Source: an uncultured delta proteobacterium
GTDB lineage: Bacteria; Desulfobacterota; Binatia; Binatales; Binataceae
Reading direction: 5' to 3'
Assembly (NCBI GenBank): GCA_963794325.1
Contig: CAWCDG010000007.1
Location: 128,001-192,000, forward strand
Length of the DNA: 64,000 bases
Of the stretch, positions 20,167 to 30,595 are shown one piece after another. The number at the start of each line of letters is the position of its first letter. Within the stretch, counting starts at the first letter, position 1. The notes under the pieces are model-generated. The model did no database searches, was not told where the DNA came from, and saw nothing but the letters and a program-made list of their open reading frames with translations. Both the position numbers and the translations under genes were made by a program.

Positions 20167-20215
20167 CAGAAAATTATAGCAGGGCTGAGGGCTTCCGACC
20201 GGAGCAGGCCTTCCC

Positions 20216-22129
20216 CTACGCGGCTTTTGCCAGCGACTTGCTCTCCGGTGCGAGCTTGATTTCCGCGGCCGCTGCGCTCTCCGCTGTCCGCGGCAGCAGG
20301 CGCGCCGAATTGAGGATAAACGCCAGCTCCGAAGTCACGTGGATAAACGCGGCGAGCGTCGGACTCAGCATCCCAGCCGACGCGAGCGCGATTCCTACGC
20401 TGTCGACCGCGAGCGTGCCGGCGAAATTCCACCAGATTATCCGACGCGTCCATCGCGCTATCGCAACTGTCTCGGTGAACTTGAGCAAATCGTTGCCGAG
20501 CAGGACCACGTCCGCACTCTCTCTCGCGACGTCGGTCCCCGATCCCATCGCAACGCCCACGCTCGCTTCGGCCAAGGCCGGCGCATCGTTTACGCCGTCG
20601 CCGACCATTGCAACGATGCGGCCCGACGCCACGAGACTCTTGATGCGTGCGAGTTTCATTTCCGGCAGCAGGCCGGCTTCGACCTCGCTGATCGCCAGAT
20701 CACGCGCCACCTTCGCAGCCACCTGCGCGGTATCTCCCGTCAGTAGGACGCTCCGGATGCCCATGTTGTGCAGCGCGTCGATCGCGGGCCGCGCCTCCGG
20801 CCGCACGGTGTCGGCAATTGTGATCGCGCCAAGGAAGCGACCGCCGCGTGCGACGAAAACCTCCGAGGAGGCATCCGTCGATTTGGCAAAGTTGCGCGGA
20901 ATTTCTACCGCATGTTCTGTCAGTAGCGCGCCATTGCCAACCAGGATCGTCGCGCCATCCACCACAGCCGTGATGCCGCGTCCGGGCACGTAATCAAAAC
21001 GCTGCGGCTCATGCGGCGAACGGTTCTTCGCCGTCGCGTGAGTGACAATAGCTTTGCCCAGCGGATGCTCGGAGCGCATTTCCGCCGACGCCGCCGCATC
21101 GAGCACTTCAACTTCCGACACGCCATCTGCGGGAATGACCGCCTGCAGTTCGGTCCGGCCGAGAGTGAGAGTGCCGGTCTTGTCGAGCACGACAGTATCG
21201 ACCCTGCCCAAAGTCTCGAGGTAGAGACCGCCTTTGATGATCGCGCCGAGACGCGCCGCACGGCCGATGCCACCGAGAATCGCCAGTGGCGTGCCCGCCG
21301 CGATGCCGCACGCGCCCGCGACGATGATCACGGAAATCGTGGACCGCGCATCTCGGGTTATGATGAACGTGATCACCGCAGCCGTGAGCGCTGAATAAAC
21401 CAGGTATCCAGCCAGTCGATCCGCCAATTGCTGCACCGGCGCGCGCGAACGTTCAGCATGCTCGACCGCTTCGATAATCATGCCGTAGCTGGTATCGCGC
21501 CCAATCCGCTCGACGCGAATCTCGAGCGCCCCCGACTGGTTGATGGTTCCGGCGTACACGATCGAGTCGGGTCCTCTTTCGACCGGCATCGACTCGCCGG
21601 TGATGCGCGACTGATCGACGAAGGAATGCCCGCTGGTCACGGTACCGTCGATTGGCACCAGACCGCCGGGATTGACGAGTACACTATCGCCCACGCGCAG
21701 TTGGTCGATGGAAGTCTCGCGTATGCCATTTGCGTCGCGAACCGTTACCGAACGCGGAAGGAAGTCGAGCAGTTGCCGGATTGCGCGACGGCCGCGGGAA
21801 ACGGTCATCCCTTCGAGTACTTCGGCCAGCAGAACGAACAACGTGATGATGAGTGCGGTGAGGTATTGTGAAATACCGGCCGCCGCGACGATCGCGATGC
21901 TCATGGACAATTCCATGGTCATCCGGCGCGCGACGGCATTTTCGGCCGCTTCTTTGAAGATCGGCCAGCCGCCGATCAGAACGCCCAACACGCCGATCAG
22001 GCTCACTCCTGCGATCGGTTCCCATACGCGCAGCCACACCGCTGCCGCCGCGATTGCGACGACGATGATTCGCGCCGCTTCGACCATGCTTATGAAATGA
22101 TCGCGCTCGCGCTCTTCATGTTGATCCAT
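20216..22129 (-). CDS. Heavy-metal translocating P1B-type ATPase
   Basis: ITGES, DKTGTLT, SEHPLG, LTGD, MVGDGVNDAPAL; TM motif VAGACG rather than CPC. Confidence 0.93.
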   Translation of the reverse strand: MDQHEERERDHFISMVEAARIIVVAIAAAAVWLRVWEPIAGVSLIGVLGVLIGGWPIFKEAAENAVARRMTMELSMSIAIVAAAGISQYLTALIITLFVLLAEVLEGMTVSRGRRAIRQLLDFLPRSVTVRDANGIRETSIDQLRVGDSVLVNPGGLVPIDGTVTSGHSFVDQSRITGESMPVERGPDSIVYAGTINQSGALEIRVERIGRDTSYGMIIEAVEHAERSRAPVQQLADRLAGYLVYSALTAAVITFIITRDARSTISVIIVAGACGIAAGTPLAILGGIGRAARLGAIIKGGLYLETLGRVDTVVLDKTGTLTLGRTELQAVIPADGVSEVEVLDAAASAEMRSEHPLGKAIVTHATAKNRSPHEPQRFDYVPGRGITAVVDGATILVGNGALLTEHAVEIPRNFAKSTDASSEVFVARGGRFLGAITIADTVRPEARPAIDALHNMGIRSVLLTGDTAQVAAKVARDLAISEVEAGLLPEMKLARIKSLVASGRIVAMVGDGVNDAPALAEASVGVAMGSGTDVARESADVVLLGNDLLKFTETVAIARWTRRIIWWNFAGTLAVDSVGIALASAGMLSPTLAAFIHVTSELAFILNSARLLPRTAESAAAAEIKLAPESKSLAKAA

Positions 22130-22142
22130 CGGCCGACTCCGC

Positions 22143-22418
22143 CTATCGCAGGTACGCTTGAACGATCTCGATCAGTTCTTCGGCGCCCTTCGCGCGAGAG
22201 CCTCGCTCATGATCCGGATCGACGACATGCATCCGAATATGGTCCTCGATGATCTCAGCCATCAGGCTGTTCATTGCCCCGCGCGCAGCGACGACGAGAT
22301 GAAGGACTGCGGAGCAGCCCTTTTCCTCTTCGACCGCGCGCTCGAGCGCCTGCACTTGCCCAAGCACCCGCCGCACCCGGTTGAGAAGCTTGGTTTTCTC
22401 TTTGATCGTGTGTCCCAT
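22143..22418 (-). CDS. RcnR/CsoR/FrmR-family metal-sensing repressor (RcnR-like)
   Basis: MGHTIKEKTKLLNRVRRVLGQV..KGC..ARGAMNSL..EDHIRMH, 91 aa, with GGAG RBS. Confidence 0.9.
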   Translation of the reverse strand: MGHTIKEKTKLLNRVRRVLGQVQALERAVEEEKGCSAVLHLVVAARGAMNSLMAEIIEDHIRMHVVDPDHERGSRAKGAEELIEIVQAYLR

Positions 22419-22431
22419 GGCCGGATAACTC

Positions 22432-22531
22432 CTATACCCAAGGGGATATAGTATTGCGCGAAAAACCGCAAATATCCAACGGCCGGTATGCACACAAGGG
22501 GTGACCTCAAATGACACTATACGGGGTATAG
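22432..22531. promoter_or_regulatory. Two CsoR/RcnR-type operator candidates
   Basis: CTATACCCAAGGGGATATAG (22432-22451) and CTATACGGGGTATAG (22517-22531): AT-rich inverted arms around a G/C tract, upstream of the repressor. Confidence 0.65.
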
Positions 22532-22662
22532 CATTGCCCCTCGCTCGGTAAGGGGAGATGAGGAAACAAATCAGCTGGCAGGGATGAAAGACGCCGCTTG
22601 CCCTGAATTTGGATGCAAGCGTAGTGTCCGAATCATGAGAGTCTCCTTCCGCGGAGGATGCC

Positions 22663-24369
22663 ATGAGCGAAATCACCGGTGCTGAGCTGCTGCTGCGATG
22701 CCTGGTTGCCGAGGGTGTGCGCTTCGTGTTCGGAATCCCCTGTCCCGAAGTCGATCCGCTGCTCGCCAAGCTCGAGCAGTACGAAGTCCGATTCGTGCCG
22801 GTTCGCCACGAGGCTGCGGCGGTCCATATGGCGGAAGGGCTGTACAAGACGACCGGCCAGATCGCGGCGGTGCTCGGCAATCCGGGCCCCGGCTCCGCGA
22901 ATCTGCTGCCGGGCGTGATCACGGCGCGGCATGAGGGCGTACCTGTCGTCGTCATTACCGCGCAGCATCGAATGGGGATCGTCTATCCGTCGCCGCCGTC
23001 GACCTTCCAGGGTCAGGACCAACTCGAAATCTTCAAGCCCGTCGTGAAATGGAGCGGCCCGATTTTATCGTGGGACAGAATTCCCGAAGTGATGCGGATT
23101 GCCTTTCGCGAGATGTGGACCGGGCGGCCGGGACCGATTCAGATCGAAATACCCGCGCCCGTGATGTACGCGACCGGCGACGACGCAAAAGTCGCCGTGC
23201 TGACGCCCAAGGAATACCGCGCATCGGGTCCGCGCGCATCAGAAGGGCAGCTCGATGAGGCGGCGGCGATGCTGATTGAAGCCAGGCGGCCCCTGGTCAT
23301 CTCGGGCGCGGGAGTCGATCGCGCCGGCGCTAACGAAGCGCTGCTGGGCGTCGTCGAGCTACTCAACTGCCCGGTGGTCGGCACGATCGCCGGCCGGTCG
23401 TCGGTGCCGCTCGACCATCCGAATTTTCTCTACGGCTACGGCGCGGGTGCGGACCTCGCGCGCCGCGAGTCCGACGCGATCCTCGTGGTGGGCTCGCGGA
23501 TGGGCAACCTCGACATTCCTTACGACAAGTACTGGGGCGATCCCGCCCATCAGAAGCTGATCCAAATAGACATCGATCAGCGCAACATGGGCGTCACGCG
23601 GCCGCTCGCGCTCGGGATTGTTGCCGACGCGAAGAACGCGCTTGAAGGTTTGATCCGCGTGCTCAACGTAAATCGCGCCCAGCCGAAAAACGGCGACGAT
23701 ATGGGACGCTACCGGCAGACCGCCCGCGAATGGCGCGAAAAGCGCTTCGCCTCGGTCGCTAAGTGGAGCGGGCCGGGAATCCATCCGGCGCACGCGATCG
23801 AAAAAATCGGCAAACTGTTCGGCGCCGACAGCATCTATGTAGCCGACGGCGGCAACACCTCACTGTGGTCGCTATGGTTTCTGCCATCGACCAAACCGCG
23901 CTCGTACTTGAACATCCTCGAGCTGGGAATGCTCGGCACCGGAATTCCGTCTGCGATTGGCGCGAAGCTCGGCAACCCATCGCGCGAGGTGGTCTGCGTC
24001 AGTGGCGACGGCGCCGCAGGATTTAATTTCATGGAGATGCAAACGGCCGCGCGCGAAGGCCTGAAAGTCATGGTCATCGTGTTCGCCGAAGGCTCATGGA
24101 CGATGGAGGAGCCCAATGAACGGCGGCTGTGGGGCAAGACCTTCGGCACCGAGATGGGCACAGTCAGATGGGACAAGGTCGCCGAGGGCCTCGGCTGCAA
24201 ATCGTTCTATGTCGATCGAATGGAAGATCTCGAAGCGGCGCTCAGCGGTGCGCGCGCAGCTGACGGTCCAGCAGTAATTTGTTTGAAGACCAATCGCGAC
24301 GCCAACCTCGCGATTCCGGGAGAACTCGGCCTCCGTTTCGGCGAGGTGTATCAGGGCCCGATGGGATAG
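22663..24369 (+). CDS. Thiamine pyrophosphate-dependent enzyme (acetolactate synthase-like superfamily)
   Basis: FVFGIP, VRHEAAAVHMA, GPGSAN, TPP motif SGDGAAGF. Confidence 0.92.
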   Translation: MSEITGAELLLRCLVAEGVRFVFGIPCPEVDPLLAKLEQYEVRFVPVRHEAAAVHMAEGLYKTTGQIAAVLGNPGPGSANLLPGVITARHEGVPVVVITAQHRMGIVYPSPPSTFQGQDQLEIFKPVVKWSGPILSWDRIPEVMRIAFREMWTGRPGPIQIEIPAPVMYATGDDAKVAVLTPKEYRASGPRASEGQLDEAAAMLIEARRPLVISGAGVDRAGANEALLGVVELLNCPVVGTIAGRSSVPLDHPNFLYGYGAGADLARRESDAILVVGSRMGNLDIPYDKYWGDPAHQKLIQIDIDQRNMGVTRPLALGIVADAKNALEGLIRVLNVNRAQPKNGDDMGRYRQTAREWREKRFASVAKWSGPGIHPAHAIEKIGKLFGADSIYVADGGNTSLWSLWFLPSTKPRSYLNILELGMLGTGIPSAIGAKLGNPSREVVCVSGDGAAGFNFMEMQTAAREGLKVMVIVFAEGSWTMEEPNERRLWGKTFGTEMGTVRWDKVAEGLGCKSFYVDRMEDLEAALSGARAADGPAVICLKTNRDANLAIPGELGLRFGEVYQGPMG

Positions 24370-24371
24370 GG

Positions 24372-25400
24372 CTACGGCTTGATCCCGCTGACGATGCTCA
24401 TATAGCCGAAGGTCGGCTTGACCTTGATATCTTTGAAGCCTGCCTCGCGCAGCATTTCCGCGAGTTCGTGTCCCGAATACTGCCTGCCAGTCGTCCAGCC
24501 GAGCATGATCATCGTGTACGCAGCCGCCGCGAACGGTCCGGTCTTGTCCTTGTTGTAGAGCACCTCGTGGATGATCAATCGTCCACCCGGGTTGAGGCTC
24601 TCGAAGCTCTTGCGGCTCAGAAAGCGACACTTGTCAGGTGGCCAGTCGTGATAGATGTAGGAGTAGAAGTGAAGATCGGCCTGCGGAAACGGATCGTTCC
24701 ACATATCGCCGACCTGAGTGCCCACGCGATCCTGCAAACTGGCTTGTTGCGCGATTTCGCGCGCGACCTCGCACACCGGCGCAATATCGAACACCGTCGC
24801 CTTCAACTTCGGCCATCGCGACACCGCGCCGATACTATGCGCACCGGATCCGCCGCCAATATCCAGCATCGTCTTGCACTTGGACAGACTAATCGCGTTC
24901 GGCCACGCCATCGCCGCGGCCATGCTGATACTGTGCATGGCTAGCGTGAACGATCTGGCTGAGTGGGCCTGCTCTTCGTGCGATTTGAAGACTTCGGCGC
25001 CGCCGTAAACCTGCGGCGAGTCGGTACGGACTGCTTTCTCAAGACTCTCGATCGAGCAAACCGGGTAGTTGTTGATTAACAGGTCAAAGTAGCTGCCGAA
25101 GTAGGTGGGGCTCTTTTCGAGCAAGTAGTCTTCGGAGAGCGGGGTCAGCTCATAGCGGCCGCCCTTGAGCCGGACGAAACCGAGAGCAGCGTTGGCGGCG
25201 AGGATTGTCTCGGCGGGCCGATCCGCGATCTCCAGGTGTTTGCAGATCTCGGCAAACGAGCGCGGCCTGCCGGCGAGAAACGGAAAGAGCTTGAGTTTGT
25301 GCGCCAGCAGCACGGCTGGTGCGCCATAAACCGAAAAGACAACATCCCAGAGCGGGCGGTCGTCGCGGCGCGGCTTTTGGAGAGTCGTTTTCCTACTCAA
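24372..25400 (-). CDS. SAM-dependent O-methyltransferase (dimerisation + Methyltransf_2 type)
   Basis: MLDIGGGSG, GDMWNDPFP, IYHDW. Confidence 0.9.
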   Translation of the reverse strand: MSRKTTLQKPRRDDRPLWDVVFSVYGAPAVLLAHKLKLFPFLAGRPRSFAEICKHLEIADRPAETILAANAALGFVRLKGGRYELTPLSEDYLLEKSPTYFGSYFDLLINNYPVCSIESLEKAVRTDSPQVYGGAEVFKSHEEQAHSARSFTLAMHSISMAAAMAWPNAISLSKCKTMLDIGGGSGAHSIGAVSRWPKLKATVFDIAPVCEVAREIAQQASLQDRVGTQVGDMWNDPFPQADLHFYSYIYHDWPPDKCRFLSRKSFESLNPGGRLIIHEVLYNKDKTGPFAAAAYTMIMLGWTTGRQYSGHELAEMLREAGFKDIKVKPTFGYMSIVSGIKP

Positions 25401-25892
25401 GCGCCGCGGCCCATGCGCGCGTCAAACTCCTGCGCTACCTTCTCGTCGTTTTCCCGTTGTTTTGTGCTCACCGGAGACCTCGCTGGTAGCAGAGGTTTTC
25501 CTTGTAGCCCGCGTTCCGCGCTATGCGCAAGCGCGCGGCGTCGGGCTGCGCTTCGACGAGCTATATTTAGGCCCGATGGATGAGACGCCGCGTCAACGGC
25601 CAGAAGTTTTCGGAGATTTGAAAATCGGACTCCGGGTCTGGTCGGCTGGCAGGTCAGGAGTGTCGGAATTTATTACAGGATTTCGTAGGGACAGCAGGAG
25701 AATTCGAAGCTGATAGTCCACCATATGAAGCTTCATAGCTTGCAAAGACTCTTGAGTCTGCTTCAAAAGCCTCTCGCATTCTGGAGTCCCGCCCGACATC
25801 GTCGCAACTAAAAGCAATGTGCGGACCACCGTGCCAACAGGAAAATTATTCCCACTGGAGTGCGGAGACGATCCGCGAAATGCGACGAGCTT

Positions 25893-26936
25893 CTAGTCGC
25901 GCGATTTGTGCGCCGCCTCGCACGGCACGACTTCAAGCGTCAGTTGTTCGGTGCCTCGAATCAGTGTGACCTGCGTGCGAACCCCGACCTGACTCATTGT
26001 CAGATGACGCTGGAGGTCGTCGATGCCGGCGATAGGCGTATCGCCGAGCCGGACAATCATGTCGCCTTCCTTGATTCCGCCGACCGCGGCCGGACTGTTC
26101 GCCTCGACCGACGCGACTCGGACCGCGGTCTCCGCAGGCAATCGATAGAAGCGCACGAAGCGGCGCGGCATCTCGAGATTATGCCCCGCGATTCCGATGT
26201 AACCGCGGCTTATCTTCCCGTCCTTGATCAGATGACCGGCGACCAGCTTGGCGCTGTTGATCGCTATCGCGAAACAGATTCCCTGCGCCGGCAGGATGAT
26301 CGCGGTGTTGACGCCGATAACCTCGCCGCGCGAGTTGACCAGCGGTCCGCCCGAGTTGCCGGGATTCAGCGCGGCGTCGGTCTGGATCACGTTGTCGATC
26401 AATCGCCCCGAACCTGCTCTGAGCGATCGCCCAAGCGCGCTGACCACGCCCGCGGTTACGGTGCATTGGAAGCCGTACGGATTTCCAATCGCGATCGCGA
26501 GCTGCCCGACGCGAATCGCATGCGAGTCGCCCAGCGCGACGGCCGCCAGCTTCGATCCGCTGATTCGAATCACGGCCAGGTCGGTCTCAGGATCGTCGCC
26601 GATTAGTTCCGCTTTGGATTTGCGGCCGTCGGATAGCGTCACCCAGATTCGCGACGCGCGATGAACCACGTGACTGTTGGTAATAATGTAGCCGTCGGGC
26701 GCGACGATAAATCCCGAACCGCTGCCGGCCGGCGCGTCGGGATTGCGCGAATTGCCCCGCGGCCCGGCCGCATGAGCGACCTCGATATTCACTACCGCCG
26801 GACTGACGGACTCGGCCGCACCCGTCACCGCGCGCGAATAGGCGTCGAACAGCAGGTCGTCGGACGAATCGTGAGAGAACGGACGGCTCTCATCGAGCAC
26901 GGCGCCATCCGAAACCAATTTCAAAGATGAACGCAT
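25893..26936 (-). CDS. HtrA/DegP-type trypsin-like serine protease with PDZ domain
   Basis: GSGSGFI..TNSHVV, TDLAVI, IQTDAALNPGNSGGPL; ATG at 26936 after GGAG; no obvious signal peptide. Confidence 0.93.
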   Translation of the reverse strand: MRSSLKLVSDGAVLDESRPFSHDSSDDLLFDAYSRAVTGAAESVSPAVVNIEVAHAAGPRGNSRNPDAPAGSGSGFIVAPDGYIITNSHVVHRASRIWVTLSDGRKSKAELIGDDPETDLAVIRISGSKLAAVALGDSHAIRVGQLAIAIGNPYGFQCTVTAGVVSALGRSLRAGSGRLIDNVIQTDAALNPGNSGGPLVNSRGEVIGVNTAIILPAQGICFAIAINSAKLVAGHLIKDGKISRGYIGIAGHNLEMPRRFVRFYRLPAETAVRVASVEANSPAAVGGIKEGDMIVRLGDTPIAGIDDLQRHLTMSQVGVRTQVTLIRGTEQLTLEVVPCEAAHKSRD

Positions 26937-27044
26937 CTTGGATTCTCCTGGAGAGTAAAGATAATCACGATTTGCGGTTCGTGAGCGCATATTGTGATGC
27001 GCGCCAAAATCGGTATAAATCGTTGCCACACGGGGGTTCGAAAG

Positions 27045-27335
27045 ATGAGGAATATCTCAGACGTTAGATCCGTCCGCTCTGCCAGAATCGCGATATTTTT
27101 TATTGCGCTGACGGTCGCGATTTCCGGATGCTACCTCTTCTCGCCGTCACAGGCGCAGGAGGACAAGGCGCAGACCCGGCTGCATTTCGACATCACGCAA
27201 TGCCAGCAGACCTCGCCGAATCTTTACAAATGTCCAGGCGTCGACCGGTCGATTTGCGGGGCATTTTATTCGGGCGAGCAGGTTGACTGCGTGTCCCTGG
27301 ACAAAGACGGGAACGTGATGGTGATGAAGCAATAG
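27045..27335 (+). CDS. Small Cys-rich putative lipoprotein
   Basis: Hydrophobic signal with lipobox ISGC and four further Cys. Confidence 0.65.
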   Translation: MRNISDVRSVRSARIAIFFIALTVAISGCYLFSPSQAQEDKAQTRLHFDITQCQQTSPNLYKCPGVDRSICGAFYSGEQVDCVSLDKDGNVMVMKQ

Positions 27336-27663
27336 TAGCGGCTGTCTCGAAGTAGTAATTTTAAGCAGTAAGTACATAAGCCGCCGATAGGAATCCGCGG
27401 CAATTTTGAACTCGCGTACACGCCCGATAAATCGACATAGCGTGTCTTGACGCGCTATCTACCATCTGCCATCGTCATCCGACCGAGGCATTGAATCTCT
27501 CTGTCTCGCTATGATTGTCAGCGACTTGGATTGCGCAGTATCCGAGGCGTGGCCTTAAGCTTTGAAGGGCGCTAGTCTGCTGACCGCGCATATCTTGAGC
27601 CAGGATGAGTATCGGGGGACTTCGTGCCGCACACAGAAGAAATTCTGGATATAGAGAGCTAAT

Positions 27664-29487
27664 TTGACCATCGGGCTCGAAATAGCTCTCACTTTCTTAT
27701 CCGCCTTTCTGGTCGCGCTCGTGATGACGCCGGTGGCAAAGGCGGTTTCGCTCCGCTTCGGCATCGTCGCCCAGCCGTCGAGCGACCGCCCGCATGAAAA
27801 GCCGACCGCCCTGCTGGGCGGCGTCGCGGTGCTGGCCGGCTTCGTCGTCGCGATCGGATTCGTCGGAATCCTCACCGGATTGCCCTACCACAGTATCCCA
27901 TGGCTCGCCGGATTCGCGGTCGCCATGTGCCTGGTCGGCCTGCTCGACGACATCGTCGATCTGCGGCCGCGCCACAAACTGGTCCTCGAGCTTGCCGCGA
28001 TCTGCATCCTGGTCTGGTGGGGCCCGCAACTCGATTTCTTTCCGTATCACGCCGTCAACATCGCGCTGACGGTCTTCTGGCTGGTCACCGCAACCAACGC
28101 CTTCAACTTAATCGACGGTATCGACGGCCTCGCCGCCGGGGTCGGAATTGTCGCGGCGCTGAGTATCGCGAGCGTCGCGGGACTTCATCAGCACACCGGC
28201 ACGATGATCGCGGCGCTCTCGATCGCCGGAGCGCTGGCGGGATTCATGTTCTTCAACTTTCCGCCCGCGACCGTCTTCATGGGCGACGAAGGCGCGCTCG
28301 CCGTCGGCCTCGTGCTGGGAGTCCTGTCGATTCAAGGCAGCCGCTTCGGCGAGGGTTCGCTGCCGGCGCGCCTTGCGATGCCGTTGTTGGCGCTGATGGT
28401 CCCGATTCTCGACACCGTGACCGTGACCGTGACGCGCCTTGCGACCGGAAATCCCATCTCGAGACGCGGTCTCGATCATTCGCATCACCGGCTGACGCGG
28501 CTGGGCATGTCGACCACCACCGCAGCGGCGGCGTTGATCGGCCTGCAGGTGATTGCCGGCGGATGCGCGATCGCGCTCAGCCTCGTGCCGGGTTATGACG
28601 CCGTCCTGCTGATTCCGTTCATGGCGCTGTTCTTCGCGCTGGTCGCGCTGTTCCTGATGGATCGATCGTTCGACGCCGAGGCGCCCGGCCAAATCGAGGA
28701 CCTGCCGGCGATCGCGCGCGTCATCCTGAGCTTCGGATACAAGCGGCGCTTCGTCGAATTGATCCTCGACGTCGCGCTGGTCGCGGCGGCGTACTTCGGT
28801 GCGATGCTGCTCCGATTCGACTTCGATCTCAGCATCGCGCAAGTCGATAAGATGCTCGCAGGGCTGCCGTGGATCGTGGCCATCGGATGCGCCTCGTTCT
28901 TCGTAGCGGGCGTCTATCGGGGAATCTGGCGCTACACCGGATTGGCCGAGAGCCTCCGCTTCGCGCTCGCGGCGATGCTCGCGGGCCTGGCCGTCAAGCT
29001 CGCATCGCACGTTCTGCCGATCGAGATTTCGCGATCGACGGCCGTGATGTTCGTCCTGCTGCTGTTCAATTTCCTGGTCGGCACGCGATGGTCGTTCCAT
29101 CTGTTCCAGCGCATCGTCCGCTTCCTGGCGCATTCCGCACGCCGCCTGGTTATCGTCGGCGCCGACGCCCGCGGAGCCGCCGCCGTCCAGCATCTGCATT
29201 CGACAATCGGCGCCGAACTACTCGGCCTGCTCGACGACGACACCTTCAAGCACGGCAAACTATTCCACGGCTACCGGGTGCTCGGCTCGGTGGACGACCT
29301 CGACGCCATCATGATGCGCACGCCGTTCGACGAAATCGTAATCGCGCAGGAAACCCTGTCCGCCCCGCAACTGACGGCACTCGAATCATTCGCGACCAGC
29401 CATCGAATAACTCTCCGCCGCTTCCTCCTCGGCGTCACCGATATGCCCGCCCCCAAACTCGCCGACCGCCAACTAACCACCGCCTGA
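27664..29487 (+). CDS. WecA/MraY-type polyprenyl-phosphate HexNAc-1-P transferase fused to a CapD-N-terminal-like membrane + Rossmann module
   Basis: LLGGVAV, VGLLDD, NAFNLIDGIDGL, NFPPATVFMGDEG, DHSHHRL, followed by GVYRGIWRYTG and LVIVGAD..GLLDDD. Confidence 0.88.
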   Translation: MTIGLEIALTFLSAFLVALVMTPVAKAVSLRFGIVAQPSSDRPHEKPTALLGGVAVLAGFVVAIGFVGILTGLPYHSIPWLAGFAVAMCLVGLLDDIVDLRPRHKLVLELAAICILVWWGPQLDFFPYHAVNIALTVFWLVTATNAFNLIDGIDGLAAGVGIVAALSIASVAGLHQHTGTMIAALSIAGALAGFMFFNFPPATVFMGDEGALAVGLVLGVLSIQGSRFGEGSLPARLAMPLLALMVPILDTVTVTVTRLATGNPISRRGLDHSHHRLTRLGMSTTTAAAALIGLQVIAGGCAIALSLVPGYDAVLLIPFMALFFALVALFLMDRSFDAEAPGQIEDLPAIARVILSFGYKRRFVELILDVALVAAAYFGAMLLRFDFDLSIAQVDKMLAGLPWIVAIGCASFFVAGVYRGIWRYTGLAESLRFALAAMLAGLAVKLASHVLPIEISRSTAVMFVLLLFNFLVGTRWSFHLFQRIVRFLAHSARRLVIVGADARGAAAVQHLHSTIGAELLGLLDDDTFKHGKLFHGYRVLGSVDDLDAIMMRTPFDEIVIAQETLSAPQLTALESFATSHRITLRRFLLGVTDMPAPKLADRQLTTA

Positions 29488-29514
29488 CCGAGAATAATCG
29501 CCTGCGCGGCGGGT

Positions 29515-29542
29515 CGGCAGGGGGTGACCCCTGCACCCAGTG
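29515..29542 (-). repeat. Repeat family A, partial inverted copy (GCAGGGG hairpin only)
   Basis: Reverse complement reads CACTGGGTGCAGGGGTCACCCCCTGCCG. Confidence 0.75.
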
Positions 29543-29595
29543 ATAAGAAAATCGCGAAATGTCGAGGACGACCTTTCGCTCCCAGGGTTTGTTTT

Positions 29596-29621
29596 TGTGT
29601 CATTCAGATCTGAATGACACA
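29596..29621. repeat. Perfect 26-bp palindrome related to repeat family B termini
   Basis: TGTGTCATTCAGA|TCTGAATGACACA. Confidence 0.85.
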
Positions 29622-29626
29622 GGAAA

Positions 29627-29735
29627 AAGAACCTTCGAGCAAAATGGCGTCCTCGCCATTTTGCGATTAATACTAAGGTGCAGGGCTTAGCCCTGCCGAA
29701 GGAAGTGTGAAACCCACCGCGGGTTTCACATTCAA
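29627..29735 (+). repeat. Repeat family A, three-hairpin long form
   Basis: GCAAAATGGCG-TCCT-CGCCATTTTGC, GCAGGGCTTAGCCCTGC, GTGAAACCC-N5-GGGTTTCAC; closely similar inverted copy at 45918-46025. Confidence 0.88.
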
Positions 29736-29763
29736 TAAAGTGATTTACCCTTCCCACACTTTT

Positions 29764-30537
29764 TTGTCTGAATTCGCGACTCGGCTGCGTAATCGCCTCG
29801 AATACGCCCCGAAAATACCGCGGATGTATCGCAATTGGTGGGCATGGCCGCTGCCAAGGCTCGGAGTTGATACCGTTCTCGAACTCCGGAACGGACTGCG
29901 GTTTTCGGTCCGTGCCCGCACTACCGACCTCGCAGTTCTCAATGAAGCCGTCTTTTTGAATCCGTACCTCGCGTCAGGACATGTCGAGCTGCGCGAAGAT
30001 TCCGTCGTGATGGACGTGGGCGCCAACCTGGGAGACTTCGCGATTCAGGCTGCCGCGCGATGTCCCCGCGGGCGCGTGTACGCGGTCGAACCGATGAGCG
30101 AATATTCTTCCGTGCTCGAGACCAACAAGCGATTGAATCGGCTATCCAACCTCGAAATCCTGTCTGTAGCTCTCGGTGACCATGAAGGCGAGATCAAGCT
30201 CTCGATCGCGGGCGCCGAGTCTGGCGCCTATTTCAACGGAACCACGAAAGCGAAAACGAATACCGAAACCGCGCGGCTAACGACCCTGCCGCAACTGATG
30301 CGAGACTGCGGGCTTGAGCGAATCGATCTCCTGAAGATGGATTGCGAAGGATCGGAATGGGACATCCTGCCGGCGTCGCGCTCAGTCCTCCCTCAAATCC
30401 GGCAGATCTGCATGGAGATTCATCCCGCTCGCGGCTGGACAGCCGAAAGCCTCGCCGAATGGCTCCGCGCAAGTGGATACGAGGTCTGGTACAACGAGCC
30501 CCCCGCCAAGACCATCCTATGGGCCCGCCGCCGCTGA
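29764..30537 (+). CDS. FkbM family methyltransferase
   Basis: VMDVGANLG, YAVEP, IDLLKMDCEGSE. The start is uncertain (GTG 29740 or TTG 29764); the ORF-track start at 29707 lies inside a repeat. Confidence 0.88.
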   Translation: MSEFATRLRNRLEYAPKIPRMYRNWWAWPLPRLGVDTVLELRNGLRFSVRARTTDLAVLNEAVFLNPYLASGHVELREDSVVMDVGANLGDFAIQAAARCPRGRVYAVEPMSEYSSVLETNKRLNRLSNLEILSVALGDHEGEIKLSIAGAESGAYFNGTTKAKTNTETARLTTLPQLMRDCGLERIDLLKMDCEGSEWDILPASRSVLPQIRQICMEIHPARGWTAESLAEWLRASGYEVWYNEPPAKTILWARRR

Positions 30538-30595
30538 GGTTGTCCGTTGTGCCGGCCAGTAATATGGTAAGGAGGTAATACCGAGGGAATTAACA

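Noticed and set aside
25400-25890. 78-aa ORF 25593-25829 and short frames upstream of the methyltransferase
   Set aside because: No recognisable motif or convincing RBS; possibly a decayed gene, but not supportable
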